Of a stretch of DNA of 64,000 nt, positions 1 to 14,059 are shown piece by piece. The notes under the pieces were generated by a model. That model did no database searches, was not told the DNA's origin, and saw only the letters and a program-made list of their open reading frames with translations. Both the position numbers and the translations under genes were made by a program. Origin of the DNA: Nageia nagi (taxonomy: Eukaryota; Plantae; Pinophyta); NCBI GenBank assembly GCA_050084985.1, contig JBITNC010000001.1, positions 49,910,001-49,974,000 of the forward strand. The letters are read 5' to 3'. How positions within the stretch are numbered: the first letter of the stretch is position 1; each line of letters starts with the position of its first letter.

Positions 1-1390
1 AGAAACATTCATACATTTTATTTCATGGTATTTAAAGTCACTCTTTAACATCTTTTGGCATATATTCTTCTGTAAAAAATGACAATGAAATAAATTTTTG
101 GCTAACACCTTTTGATTATAGAACTCTCTTCATAGGTCGAATATCTTATTCTATTACTCCTTATGGTGCACTCACTTAAAGAATCAATACTTTATCCCTT
201 TAGAATCCATACCATGCTCTTACATAGGACCATCATGACATTTACTTATCATTCTCCTCTCATAATAGGTTTTGTAAAGGACAAAATTCGTCTATTCTCT
301 TGCACCATTCTTCATATAGGGACATAATCATAGACTAAAATCAAACATGTCACGACTATTGATATGGGTAGATTTTCATAGTTTATATATATATATATAT
401 ATATATAATATAATATAATATATATATATATATTTATATATATATATATATATATGATCAAATACATATTAATATTTTCTTTAACCTTTTTACATATTTT
501 TAGGTTTACTATCATTATCCATATTATCATTATAAGATATGATCTATATATCTTACTATATCAAATTGACCATGAAGATCTTATTCATTTTAATAATTTT
601 TAATTGATATTTTATTTTAAATTTGCATCCTCAACATTGATCATTACATCAAAACTTAACCCATATATTTAATAGTGAATGTAGGTAAACCCTTACGTAT
701 CCTTTGCTAACTTAAAGAAATTTTTTACAAGTTTTAATATAGATTTACGAACTGTTATAGTAGATTGATTGATATAGAGCAACTACAAACTCATATTTAT
801 TACTTGCTACTTTATTATTTGATCAAACTTACACTTTAATTTGTCTCAGCTCTATCCTAAGGAAAACAAAAGTAAATACTAAACTTACATATGTTAAATT
901 TTGTACGTTTCTAAACTCAACTCATTAGTTCCAGTTTTAGATCATGTTTCATATGTTTCTATACTTGATCTTTATTGTATGTCTTAGTTGTTGCAGTGTT
1001 GGATCACATTTCATATACACTTACAGACTTAGCTTGTTTAGCAGTTTTACCTGCCGGTTGTCTTTCAGAGGTGCCATTGACGATGACTTGGACATTTTCG
1101 GAGGGAAGTACATATTATAGACCGTTCCAAGCACGCTGCAAGAGGTTGTCTGTTTGGGATGGGACGTCAGTTAATTGGATCATATACACCACATTTTCAG
1201 ACAAAAGGAATCAGAACCTCCCATTCTATAGTTTCTATCTCTTTCATTATCTACCTTGCACGGGAAGTAATCTCCACGACCAAATATCTTTGACTATAAC
1301 AGAGGAGACTCAACCCATGACTTTGATCAGGGGAAAAAGACGCTCCTCGCTGGAAGAATTTATTGTCTGAAATTACCAGGAAATAATGTG
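1..1390. repeat. Segmental duplication, copy 1
   Basis: 1-1015 aligns colinearly with ~14060-15060 (e.g. ctcttgcaccattctt.atataggg, aatgtaggtaaa, atcaaacttacacttta). ~1115-1390 aligns with ~24640-24925 (agaccgttccaag...ctctttcattatctaccttgca...tttgatcaggggaaaaagac...accaggaaataatg). Confidence 0.85.
384..454. repeat. (TA)n microsatellite
   Basis: Direct reading. Absent from the paralogous copy near 14440-14480. Confidence 0.9.
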
Positions 1391-4300
1391 TGGTGAGTTT
1401 AAACGGAATTAATATTTTTATCTGTAGGTGTCCTTCGTTGAGTTTTGGAAGTTCATTTTAAAATCGATGGTTGAGAATTTGTTAGATAGCAGGTCGACTA
1501 TGAAATAGATTTTAACCTTTGAATTTAATTTTTTCTTTTTTATTATTTTGATTTTTTATGTTTTACATGGTCATGTATGCTTTATTAGTTACTTATTATC
1601 ATACTATATCTTTTAACTAATTATTTAATTGATAAATGAAACTTTTTATTTAATATAAAAATTATTTAATGAATTAAATAATATTAAAATAAATTTATCA
1701 TAATATGTGTTATTAATTATTATAAATATGATTTTTTAAAAAATGATAGTTCAATATCATACTTTGAAATATATCTGAACTTATTTTTATTGAATACTTT
1801 CAGCTAGTATGTTATTATTTAATTTCATTTGTAATTATTGTATATAATATTTTTTATTTGATTGAATATAATATTTTCCATTTGAATTTTAATATTTCTT
1901 ATGTCGATGTTATTTTGTTTTCTAATGATATATCTAAAAAAGTGTAGTTCAACATTTATCTTATTATTTACGTTAACTTTTATTTGATTGAATGCAATAT
2001 TTTTTCTTGTGAATAATATAAAAAATATTTTATTAGATTACAATTCCTATTGGTGCAAACACATAATTAATGTTTTATGATTAAAAGAAGATTATATTTA
2101 CAATAAATATTTATTTTCACAATCATTTCGGTCAATTTAGAATTATTATATCTGATAAAATATTTTTACTAATACTATATACTTATATTTTACTATTATA
2201 ACTATTAACTTATAACTTAACAATAATAGTTACTTTAATACTTTTGAAAGTAAAAAATTATTGATTTGTGCATAAGGATATACTTTTTTTTTTCCTTTTC
2301 AAAATGTCTCTACAAATCAAGATAATTTTTCACAATTAATTTTGGATTATTATGCTTACATTATTATTATTAATATTTTAGTTTTTTTAAATTACTATTA
2401 TTTATTTTATTATCATGTAAATTGTTAATATTATACATAAAAAGAATTTATAGGATTTTGAATAATTAATATATAATTTATATTCATTAGTTTTTAGAGA
2501 TTACAGATAAGTATTTATTTTTTAAATCATACATAAAATTTATAGTAAACAAATGCATAGTTGAATATTTATGAAATGAAAGTTTATTATAATATTATGA
2601 ATTTCAACTGTTACATTAAAATATGAAATTCTTATGTATTCACTTTGATAATATGGTATCTGCATGTTATTTTATGCTAATAATTTGTAGTAAAATAAAG
2701 TATCCACATATGATATATCCTCTTAATAATGCATAAGGACAATCCACATAACATCATAGTGGATAGAAATCATATTATAACTATTGAAATGTATTAAAAA
2801 CTATAAATATGTTGCATCATCTTTGTATGCCAGTAAAATATGATGGGCTGCTCCCTAAATCATTATTAATTGCAAAATTTAGAGGATTGTGCAAGAATAT
2901 AACATCACATTTCTTGAAGTATAATTGTTATGGGAAAGAAAAATTTATAAAATTCATACTAGCTTTAACAAACTAACAATAAAACTAAAACATGCATTAC
3001 AATATAATCATGAAGTACTATGTTAAGTTATTATAATTATCTAGGTAATTAAAATTTCTAATTGATATTTTTCATTATAAAAGATTTGATTTTTTTGGTC
3101 TATATAATTATTAATAGTTTTGATAATGCTTTGATGATTATTTTGTAATTAGAATAGAATAACCTACAAAAATATATACAATAAGATTTAAATATAAACT
3201 AATGAATTTTAGAATTCATATAATCTCTTAATACAATTCTTAATAAAGAAAAGTTTTCAATGAAGACATTCCAATAATTTAGTTTTACTTATCCATCACA
3301 TTCATAACACATAATTTAACTCATGTTGATAGAAAGAGACGAAGTTCTCAAAAGATATTTGTTTTCATAATGTATGAATAAAATGAAAAAAATGCATTTG
3401 ATAAATTACTTCTCTTGATAATATTTTTTTTTTATTTGATAAGTTTAAACTCCATATCTATATTTATTAATATGGTTTGTAATATATTTTGAAGTATAAT
3501 TAAGATATAAAATTATAATGTATGATAATAACATGTTACCTATCTAGTATAGAAGATAGATTATTACTAAAAATAAATATTACAATATAATAATATAATA
3601 AACAAGATGATTAATATGACCATATAAAAATAGGATGACTACAATTAATTTATTAAAATATATTCAAATCTTTCCATATTATAACAGATCATTCATTATT
3701 CATTTACACCCTTGAATAGCATTGTATGAAGGGATATTAGCAATTAAAGAATGACAACCTTGTTATTATGTGAGATACATGAAATAAATATCAATACTTT
3801 GATGAATATATCAATTTGAGAAGGTAGTAACGATGTTCATTACATGACATTTCTTAGTTGTCATCATTTTTCCATGATATGAGTAGTGAGATATGCATAA
3901 AGAAAATTAAAAATACTACTTCTTATCAACCATCAAATATTATAATTTAGAAATATTATATTATTAATATGATAACATATTATTAGATTTTTATAAAAAA
4001 AATTATTGATATAGTTAATTAACTATAATTTTCATATTAACTATCTCAAGCTAAATATAGATATTTTTAAATATACACATTACAATATGATTGCACATAA
4101 ATATTAAACATACAATGGATTTTAGATCTTTTTCAAATCTATATTACCATATGTGATAAAAATAGCATGTATGTAGATGATTAATTATTCTCCAAGGAGA
4201 AACTCAATATAGGATTAAAATATAATTTGTGTCCTACACATGTTCCTTATCTAGTTGAGGTCCTATATTATACCTTTATATACTTTTGAATCTAGGATAG

Positions 4301-4892
4301 CCTACAACACCTTGAATTAACCAAAAAAATTATTTATATGTTAGCAATACTCTCTATTCTCAAAACAATATGAATGATTCTAAGTTACCATTTATAATGA
4401 AGCATCGATGCTTGAGGTTTATCCTCCATGACATATATATATATAGAATTTTGTTGACATCTAAATCATATATAAAATTTTGTAAACATAATTAAAAAGA
4501 TGTATAATATTTTATTTTTTATTATTTATTTAAATTATTAGAAAAAAAAAATGTATATTATTTGAAGGTTTTCTTTCCATATTATAAAAGGAATGTATGG
4601 TATTTACTATTTAAATTGATTAATAAATAAAATCGAGCCAAATAACATAATGCACTATGATAAAATGAGATACAAAAATGACTTTTGTATTTCATCCATC
4701 TACAAAGTTTCATGGTTTGGGAAAGAATATTTGGGGCAGCTTATAGTATAAGATGCAATGTAGTGCAAATTTTGTTAAAGGTATTATATCATAAACTCGA
4801 TATGAATTAAATGAGGTGGCATCATTAAAGAATCTACTAGGTAGCTATGAATTATTTGTGCACACTTACATTGAACATAAGGTTGCATGATG

Positions 4893-4943
4893 ATCCCACA
4901 TGCAAGAGTGATGAGGGAGGAGGAAAGAGGAGAGAGGATAAAT
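4893..4943 (+). promoter_or_regulatory. Plant Pol II snRNA promoter (USE + TATA-like box)
   Basis: ATCCCACATGC at 4893-4903 (USE consensus RTCCCACATCG), then GATAAAT at 4937-4943. The spacing is 33 bp and the TATA-like box lies at about -32 from the U1 start, matching plant Pol II snRNA geometry. Confidence 0.75.
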
Positions 4944-4968
4944 GGGAGGGGAGGAGAAGCATGCAACT

Positions 4969-5128
4969 ATACTTACCTGGGCGAGGTCAATGGGTGATCA
5001 ATAAGGTCGATGGCCTAGCGAGGGCACTTCCATTGCACTTGGGAGGGGGCTCTTCCTAACATCTCCCAATGCAAAGAGTACACATCATAATTTGTGGAAG
5101 AGGGGACTCGCATCCATGCAACCTCTAC
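4969..5128 (+). ncRNA. U1: U1 spliceosomal snRNA, divergent variant or pseudogene
   Basis: Starts ATACTTACCTGG. Has the SL1 loop GATCAATAAG, SL2 loop ATTGCAC, Sm site AATTTGTGG (5089-5097), terminal AGAGG...CCTCT stem and a 3'-box-like CAAGTCCAA just after. Stem III and helix H are degraded. Confidence 0.92.
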
Positions 5129-6329
5129 CAAGTCCAAATCCTAAACAACCAACATTATGGATCTTCCATCCATTTCTTACTTGTTACAAATACTATTGCA
5201 ACCCATCAATATCATTTATTTGAGGACCACATAAGTAAAACTTCAATGTTTGGTTTGGGAATGGAATGGTTTCAAGTTAATACAAATTGTATTCTTCTTA
5301 GTAAGCAGATGATGTATATTCTTAAGTGATTAATCTTACATTCCAGCTTTGATATGAGTAGCTACTTTAGTGTGGCCATATATCTTCAACCCCCTTTTCT
5401 CTACCTTATAGAGTTGTTCTTCCTAAAATACAATGACCAACATTCTACAAATGTATTTTCCTAACTGAAATGTGATGGAACCATAAGCTAGATCAAAGTA
5501 GGAGCAGAGAACCTACCAATGCTATGAAAAATAATCTCAAATTTTCAAATAATGAGAGAGGTAAGGGAAAGTATTGGTTTGTACTTATTTCATATGTCCT
5601 CATTACCCTTCTTAAATCTCGATACCATAGTCTCTCCTCATGTTCTTCTTTCCTTGGTGTATTCATATTTTCTTTTAGCTCACTGCTAGTTACTTACACA
5701 TAAGTTTTTTACGAGTTGTAGATAGTAATTTTATGCTGAAAAGAAATGGTTATTCTTTTATCACACATAATCGATGTATACATGTGTTTATTTCAAAAGC
5801 ACTTGCATGAGTTGGATTATATTTTTCATGTTTTGCATTCAATAAAAATTTTACGTAAGATTTCTTCAATATAATTATGTATTAATTTTCTCTTACTTTT
5901 TATTTTTAACTTGTTCATATTTTTTGTATGCACATAAGTTGTTAAATTAATTTTAGTATACTAATGTTTGACTTTCTATACATAATGTATATAGTTAGGA
6001 TTCCTTTGTATATGTGTAAGCATTCTTTTGGGATACCAATAAGTTATATTTGATAATGGTAGTTGGTTACTCACTTGGGAGAGTTATATTTACATCGTAG
6101 GCATTTTCTTTGGAGAGGGAGAATGCATAATGTTAAATCGATGATTGTCAATCATTTGTGGACCATGTCTAATGATATAATTTTTTTGGAGCATCGATTT
6201 ATCATGCCATGTGTCTATTAGCTTTATGTGGGGGCTGAGGATGGCTACTCTTCCAGCAACATGGATAGTTGGCATTACACTCAGGTTGTTGGAGAATCTA
6301 CTATATATCTTTCCCAACATCATCAAATC

Positions 6330-7306
6330 CCACTCCAAAGGATCTTTAAAAGTGGCTTAGATGTTGTAATGGTGAAAACACTAGTAGACATGTACACAAA
6401 ATGTGAAACATAGAGAATGATATGAGTTATTTGATGAGATGCATGCAATAGTTACAACCACAAGATGCATAACAATCACAAAATATGAATAACACACAAT
6501 TTTTAAGAGTAAATCCCAACCCTATAACCTTTCTTGTATCCTTATAGAATGCACCATGATGGGAATTCCAGAGGAAGGTGTAGAAATCCCTCAAAGAGTG
6601 GTTGCAAATAGTCCTGCAAATAACATAACATGTTTATATGTTCTTATTGTAATTATTACTAGGAAAATTATTATACATGTATTGTTGATCGCCTTTTGCT
6701 ACATAGTGCACCAAATTAGGTGCACAACAAAGTCTGCTTGGTATGTGTACATCACTTATGAATGTAGGAGCAAGGATTACATGGCAACAATTATTTTTTT
6801 AAGAGACTAAATATACTCCATTATATGTTATCCTTTCAAATATTTATGCTAAAGTGGGTAGTGAAGATGATGTTCTGAGTAAGGACATTGATGAAATACA
6901 AAGGAAATAAGAAGACTCTTAGATGTATTTAGATTGAAGTTGATAGAGTATTCATGCTTTTATTATAGGAGATATATTGATCACATGAGATCTATGGCAA
7001 TTTGAAGAAACTATCAAGTCATATAAAGGTAGCAAATTATATTTTCAAATACAATACCTGTGTTGAATGATATGGAAGTTGAAGATAAAGAATTTCTTAG
7101 AAAATTTGGTGATTGTGTTCAAGTTATTAAAGACTCTGCAAGAAATATTACTAAGGTTGTGAAGAACCTTTGACTATGTAATGACTACAGTTATGCAACC
7201 AAGTTTATCCCTAAGACTATTGTCAGGAACATTACTATGAGGTATGTGAATCAATTTCTTCATTGAAAATGTGAAGAATATATGTTCTTATGGAGATTAT
7301 TGGTGA
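6330..7306 (+). pseudogene. PLS-class PPR-E/E+-DYW gene remnant
   Basis: LVDMYTKC...ELFDEMH (6380-6445), E-domain YVILSNIYAKVG (~6822-6860), E+-like HAFIIGD (~6955), and DYW-domain VVKNL*LCND...TKFI...GDYW* ending at 7306. Many stops and frameshifts. Confidence 0.8.
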
Positions 7307-10300
7307 TGCAAATTAATGAGAACCAATTTCATCATTCCATCATTTCATTTTTCAAAAAATTATTGTTATTAAATATTTGTACGAATATACAATGTTGTTG
7401 ATTATCAACATCATTTTTTAGGAATTGTATGCTATTAAAGAGTAAAGAATTGGAGAAGGAAGCACATGAATCGCAAAATGAAAGGTGAAATATTTGAAGT
7501 AAATAGAGAAAATTCAATGAATAATAAATTATTTTAGTGGCCTTACAAGTAACAAGTTACTTTGACATAAAGAGAGTAGAACAACTCTGATGTGTACATT
7601 CCTCTTGGTTTTATTAGGATTAATGAAGGAAGTGAGCAATGCAAAAGTCCTACATGCAATCCAAGTTTGTTAATTTCAAACCAAGATTAATAATACTATC
7701 AGTCACTTTCTAGTTATTGGATCCTTAGAATGCGTTAAGTGCAAATTGGATGATGCCACATAACTTCCCTCAATAATTAAGCTATGGAATAGTGTGATGG
7801 CTTCCATTTCTTCACCTATAGTAAAATCAATGAGATGTAAAAAATACCCTTTCTAGCAAGGTGCTCCTCTAGCCATCACCATTAAAACATTAACCATTAC
7901 ATCACACCACTTCTACATTGACTATTCAACTTTCCTCTTACCATTTCTAATATCAAATCCCATCTCTCCTTCCATCTGCTTACTAAATTGCCTACAAAGG
8001 AGTAGAATACTACTAGTAAGGGTACCTCATTCTCTCAATAGTTTCCTTTTCTAGTTTTTATTTTCTTATTTTCAAGATATCTTAGAATCTACTATTAGTT
8101 GTGTGAATTTTAGAGTTAACACTTTTGTTGGGCCACTCCACAACTCCAGAAAGCTAGCAGGTCTAGTGGAAGAGCAACCTCTTGTGCTCATCTACCATAA
8201 GGGTTTCTATAGATGAAGAGGAGGAGGGGTAAATTGTTGAGGATGAAAAGATCAAGTTGGGGGAAGAGAAAATGATGTCTAAGACAAAGCTTTCAACTTG
8301 ACCACTTACAAGGTACCTAATTTTTGTTTCCTTGTTAGAAAATAATTGAATTTTTGAATGACTTGTTGGAAACTTATTTATTAATTAATTAAATGTTTTG
8401 ATTGTGTTATCTCTTTTAATAAAAAAATAACACTTAAAATCAAAGAGCGCAATTATTAATATATGGTGTACTCATTACACAAAGTTGTAATAGCTAGTTT
8501 ATAGAATAATTAACATTTAGTTCTTCCTTCCATAGGTTCTCTAAGAGAATTTATCCTTCCACCTAAGATACTATATTTGTTGTAGTTTAGTTCTATGCAT
8601 GTGAATGTTTAGGATATGATGATCTAGAGCCCCCACCATAATGATATATAATATTTATGCATATCATTGTGCCATGTCACCCTTGTCATCATGCATTGTA
8701 TCTACTTGTATCACACAAATGATTATCCTCTATGAGGACTTTAACTAGGTCATTCATGGTAGGGGCCTATATGAAGCTTAAAAGGAGAGTTTATAAGAGG
8801 ATCTTGAGATAGTGATGTAGAAATAGATAATACATAGATGGAAGATGCAATTCAATTTGGTAGGGACACATTACACTACTAATAGACATATTGGACTTGT
8901 ACTTTGAGAGAAATTAGAGAGGTTGTGAGCTATACTAAAATCCTTATTGGATCAACTATAATACGGATCAGTACTAGTGTAAATATACAAAACTTATTTA
9001 TGGAAATCAAGGGAGTAATTCTCTTAGTATCATTTTAGGGTATATACATATAGAAATGGTGTATAAATATGGTATTAGTGTCTTAATAAATTCACTCTTT
9101 GAATGGTAGGATGAAGAACAAGGTTTTAATAAGGTTACTATGAAGGATGATGTTATATATATAGGTAAGTTTATCATGTATTTTTTAATATTTTGAATGT
9201 AATTTTTATAGTTTTATTATTTTTATTTTTCTATTCAAATATAAATTTATACTAATTACTACATTAAAATAAAAGTATATTATATCATGTACATAACAAT
9301 GTAATAATAATTAAAGTATATAATGTTAAAGTGTAACCAATTTGTATAATAACAATGATCATGTTATAAAGGATAAGTAATACATATGCTATGCAAAAGA
9401 AAAATGAGAATAAATAAAATAATGTATTAATTAATTATTTAAAAAATAGCATAGTGCAATCTACCAAGTTATGTGTATATTTGAAAGTGAATAAAGAAAC
9501 ATAGGATCAAAAAATTTATGTTGATTGATGTCTAATATAATCATGACATGAATTTTTAAACTATATTTATTAGTATAGATTTGAGGGAATCACACTTATT
9601 TTATGAATATGTAGTCTTTCCAATATCACAATATATAAAAAACTAGTTTACACATAAAATTATTTATGATAAAACCTTCTCAGGTCTAACTATAATTCTT
9701 AGAATAATAGTTCCTCTTTATATATATATTCAGTAAGGGTAAAAAAAATTCAACATGTTTTCAAAAAGATAAGGCCCCAAAACTATATACAAAATTTTAT
9801 AAATATTCAACAGTATTACATGTGTTCCAAAAACTATCTTCTAAAAGTCATTGTAGTTGCTACACGATGGGCAACAATCCTTACTTTCCTCTTGGTGGTC
9901 ACACCATGCTCTCATTGGATGAATCTAAAACTAAGTCAAACTTATAATTCTTGTAAATCTTCTATAGAAGCCTACTTTTTGAGGGACACTTAACCCCCTC
10001 ACATTCAAGGAGAGAACTATCATTGGACACCCTATCTGGAGGATGCTCTACCCCTGATAGTGTCCAGTATTCCTTGCTTTCCATCTGCAATATCTTTTTT
10101 AGTTTCTTTTCTTCTTACTTATCCTAGTTAAGTTCATACTTTTTATGAACTTATAGTCATAATTTGTCGATCAAATTGGGTTTCTTTCACTATTGTACCA
10201 TTTGAGTTCAATACATTTTTCCATCTCTTTCTTTTTTCATTCACTTGTTACCATTATTCCTTAGATTACTGCTCAATGTGACCTTCACCAATGACCATCA

Positions 10301-10489
10301 GGTTAATAATTGGTGAACTATCCACTTCATTTTCATCTTTTCTTACTACTTCACTTGCCTTTCTTGATGATTATTTTGATTGATTTCGCCTTCCTTGGGG
10401 ACCTCCCCTTCGGCCACTTCCTCCAAACTAGGTTCCTCCTGCATCAACTTAGGTTTCCATTCCTTCTTATTCTGTAGTACTTTCTTTGA

Positions 10490-11150
10490 TCATGAACTCA
10501 AAATATGACCAACTTGATTTCATAAATAATAGAAATAATTATTTATTTCATACCTAGCTCTTGCTCCATATCTCTAGTTTCTACTTCCAAGGTAATTGAG
10601 CTTGGGAGTTTAACTCCAAATTTGACCACAACACAAAATTGCATATTTATCATCCTATAATGGGATTTTATAACACCATTAGTGATAAGAAATCTTTTAA
10701 ATGATTTCCCAATCACTTCAAATATATTTTTATGCAATAGGTCAAAAGGGAGGTTGGGCAGAGTCACCCAAATGGGTGCTTTCATAATTTATGCCTGTAG
10801 AGGGTCAAAACCAAGTCTCCATCACTCCATGAATAGTTCTCTAATGTCTATAAACCAATCTAAACTCAAAATTTCATTACAATCTTCTTCATTGCTAAAG
10901 ATAAAAAGCACATAGTCATTGGGTAATGCAATAATATCGAAACTCCCCCTAAGCTTTCATTTGTACTTTGCCCATATTTTGACATCATCAATATTTTTCC
11001 ATGCTCCTTGGACCTTTCCAATTAGACTCAATCTTCCTCTTATCACGTTGTGGTCTATTATAGCTCACAAGATCTTCAATTTCAATTTTCCATTTGTTAT
11101 TGTAGCCCATAGTGGGGGACCTAGATCTGCTTTTGTCTCTTGAGAGAATA
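10490..11150 (-). mobile_element. L1-type LINE ORF1 remnant (DUF4283 + decayed zinc knuckle)
   Basis: APIWVTLPNLPFDLLHKNIFEVIGKSF motif in ORF 10543-10785, and a decayed C-x2-C-x4-H-x4-C (…NQVGHI…) near 10500-10535. Confidence 0.7.
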
Positions 11151-11295
11151 GCTCTCTCCAAGGTTTCTACTTCTCCATATGAGAAATATTAATTGTTCAT
11201 GCAACCTATCTTCTCCATCCTCCTTGCTTGTTATGGGTATCTCCATGCCTACAATAGTCTTGCTCGCTCATCATATTTTGTATAGTTACCTCATA

Positions 11296-11337
<42 letters not shown>

Positions 11338-13294
11338 GCTAAGTAGGATATTATTATTGTAGATATTCATGATCCCTGAGGAATTATCACTCATGGTATC
11401 ATAGTTGAATATTGAATTCATATAAACCTCAATAAATAATAAGGAATCATCTAAATCATATGTAATTTCATGATTATTATAGATTAAATGAATATAATTA
11501 TAATTAATAAACTATATTTTATATACAAATGAAAAAGATATGAATAAGGATAAACAATTGATCTAACAAATTTATATTTATAATACAATTGCAAGTAATA
11601 CTAGATTTAAGGTACAAGTTAATACTATTCAAATAATAATACTTTTGTAGTTAGATACAATGGTAGTAGTTCTAGGTGAATACTTAAATCCTCCTTCAGA
11701 TCGATCCTTCCAAACTAGAGTTTTGAGAGGGGTTCATGCTTATCTTGGATGTTTAGAGGGTTACAACTAATCTCAATGGTAAACATTCCCTCATATATTA
11801 AAGGTGAACCTTGATAGTTAAAGTGAAAAATATGTAATTAGTTCCAAAACCTAATGATTCTATGAAAGATTTGAAAATAATAATGTAATAATAGGCCTTC
11901 CAAATTGATAGAGATTTAAAAAACCCTAGTTTTTAGGCTAATATCAGTCTAAAACCAAAATTATCAAGCTAATGCAAGCCTTATTACTAAAGAATTTAAG
12001 TCTTTCATAAGTTGGGGAGTTGTCAAGAAGTTGCAAGATGTAAAATGCAATATTTGTTCATTTGATAGGTCTCAAAGAAGTTTGTAATAATATGAAATTG
12101 TATTCAACTTGGTGTAGATATGTATTGATTATATCCTTTTTTATTTTACATTGCATTGATAATCTTGGAGATATTAGGTCATGTCCTTAGTATAGTTGAT
12201 AATTTATTAGGTCATTTGTGTTCTTTCCAGGGATTTTCCCATCATGAATTACATTTTAATCTTGTATTTAGAACTTCTTCCATAATGTTTTTTTCTCATT
12301 TCAACAATTCAAAAATATATCATTTCCAAAGGCCTTTGGGGTATGTCTCCACATTAACTATGTTTTCCTCCTTCATCAAGCTTTGGATATAGTGGGGAAC
12401 TTAAAATTCATGCTTAACATCCTCCTCACTATCAAATATCTCCATAGGCTCACTTATATAGCTCTCAATATCCTTCAATTTTTCCTTTCCTTTACAAGCA
12501 ATAGGTTGAGTGTAGTGTTTGTGTAGGATGGGCTTCCTCCATGGACAAACACTTTAAAAATACAATTGGATCACATTGTGAGGTAGGAGGGAGGTAAGTG
12601 ATATATGACCAAGTATGAACTAGCAATAAGTAGCTAACACAAATTTATTGATGCATAGGATGGAATCACCCATTTTCTATAGAAAGGAAAGTCTAATTAT
12701 TCCTTTGTTGTTGTGATATTCCTTACTACCAAGCTAGCAGTGAATTCCTCATTACAAGATTACCTACTATTAGACTAATAATGGATTCCCCACTATAGGA
12801 TTCCTTCTTTTTATTATTTTTTTTCTAAATCTAATATTTTGTCAAACACTAATAAAGGTGAATTCAACGTTTAATGTCCTTTAAACCTATTGGTTTGTAG
12901 GACCTATCAATCTTAGTTTTTAAATATCACCAATGTAGGGGTGGGACTAGAACTTGAGATATTCAGTGTGGGTTCCTTCATACCTCACTTGTCTCCCAAC
13001 TCCCCTAGAAAGAGGTGATAAGTTATTATTTGGAGGCTTTAAAATAAACATCATCATATTGTGCTTGATTTGATTCTAGAAATTTTTTTAATAATTTATT
13101 TTCATTAGGTGGGTGTGAGTGATTATGATCAATTGTACTTGAGAGTATTCTTATTTTTCTTGGAATATTTATGCATTATTCAATATTTTTATTTATATGA
13201 GAAATAAGAATTCAAATACTTAATTGATAAATATTTACTTCTAGATAAACTTTCATAGGTTCGAACCAATGGGTTTCAAATAACATTAAAAGAC

Positions 13295-13331
<37 letters not shown>

Positions 13332-14059
13332 AATATTAAATTTTGAAATTTGAATTTGCTTTATTTTAATTTTTCCTCCAAATGATCATTATTTTGTATA
13401 TATCTAATTATATATTTAAATAAATATATAAATCAATAATTTCTTCCATAATCTTGTACATTGATAAACATCTTAAGTATAACAACAAGTTTGATACTTG
13501 ATCCTACACGTATTATGAAGAAAAAATCAATCAATTTTAGCCTAATATATAAGAAAAATTTATATCATCAAATTTAGATTATATAGTTCATAACACCATC
13601 CAAGGGATGTTGCAATGAAATTAAGGATGATTATAACCTTCATGTTATAAGAAAATAAGATTAATCTAATTTTATAATGTTGATGGTCTAAGTCAAAGTT
13701 TTAATATATCACATAAGTATCTCAAAACAAGTAAAATGAACTAAAATATTTTAAAAAGAGAAATAAAAATGGAAAAGTAGAGAACATATAAATTTCCTAT
13801 ATTTAATGCATATCATGTTGAATAAACTATGCCTTTAGGTATGGTAATAATCCTCTATAGCTCCACCATAGATATCTGACTCTAAAAATTTCTACAATAA
13901 ATAAAAATGGTGCAAATGAGATATTTCATACATATTTTAGTTACTTATAAGTAAAAAATATATAAAATTTAATTGATAAAATGGTATTTATTTCTTATAC
14001 ATTTTCATATTGTGGCATATATTTTGAGTTATTTAAATATTATTTCAAGAAGCAACAAT

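Noticed and set aside
312-530. 72-aa Ile/Tyr-rich ORF
   Set aside because: Artefact of a (TA)n microsatellite.
975-1370. 131-aa ORF
   Set aside because: Non-ATG start, no recognisable motif, and the frame is not preserved in the paralogous copy.
4847-5329. Short ORFs over the U1 locus
   Set aside because: Chance frames across an RNA gene and its promoter.
11600-12900. Possible retroelement gag-like remnant
   Set aside because: Too degraded to assign by eye.
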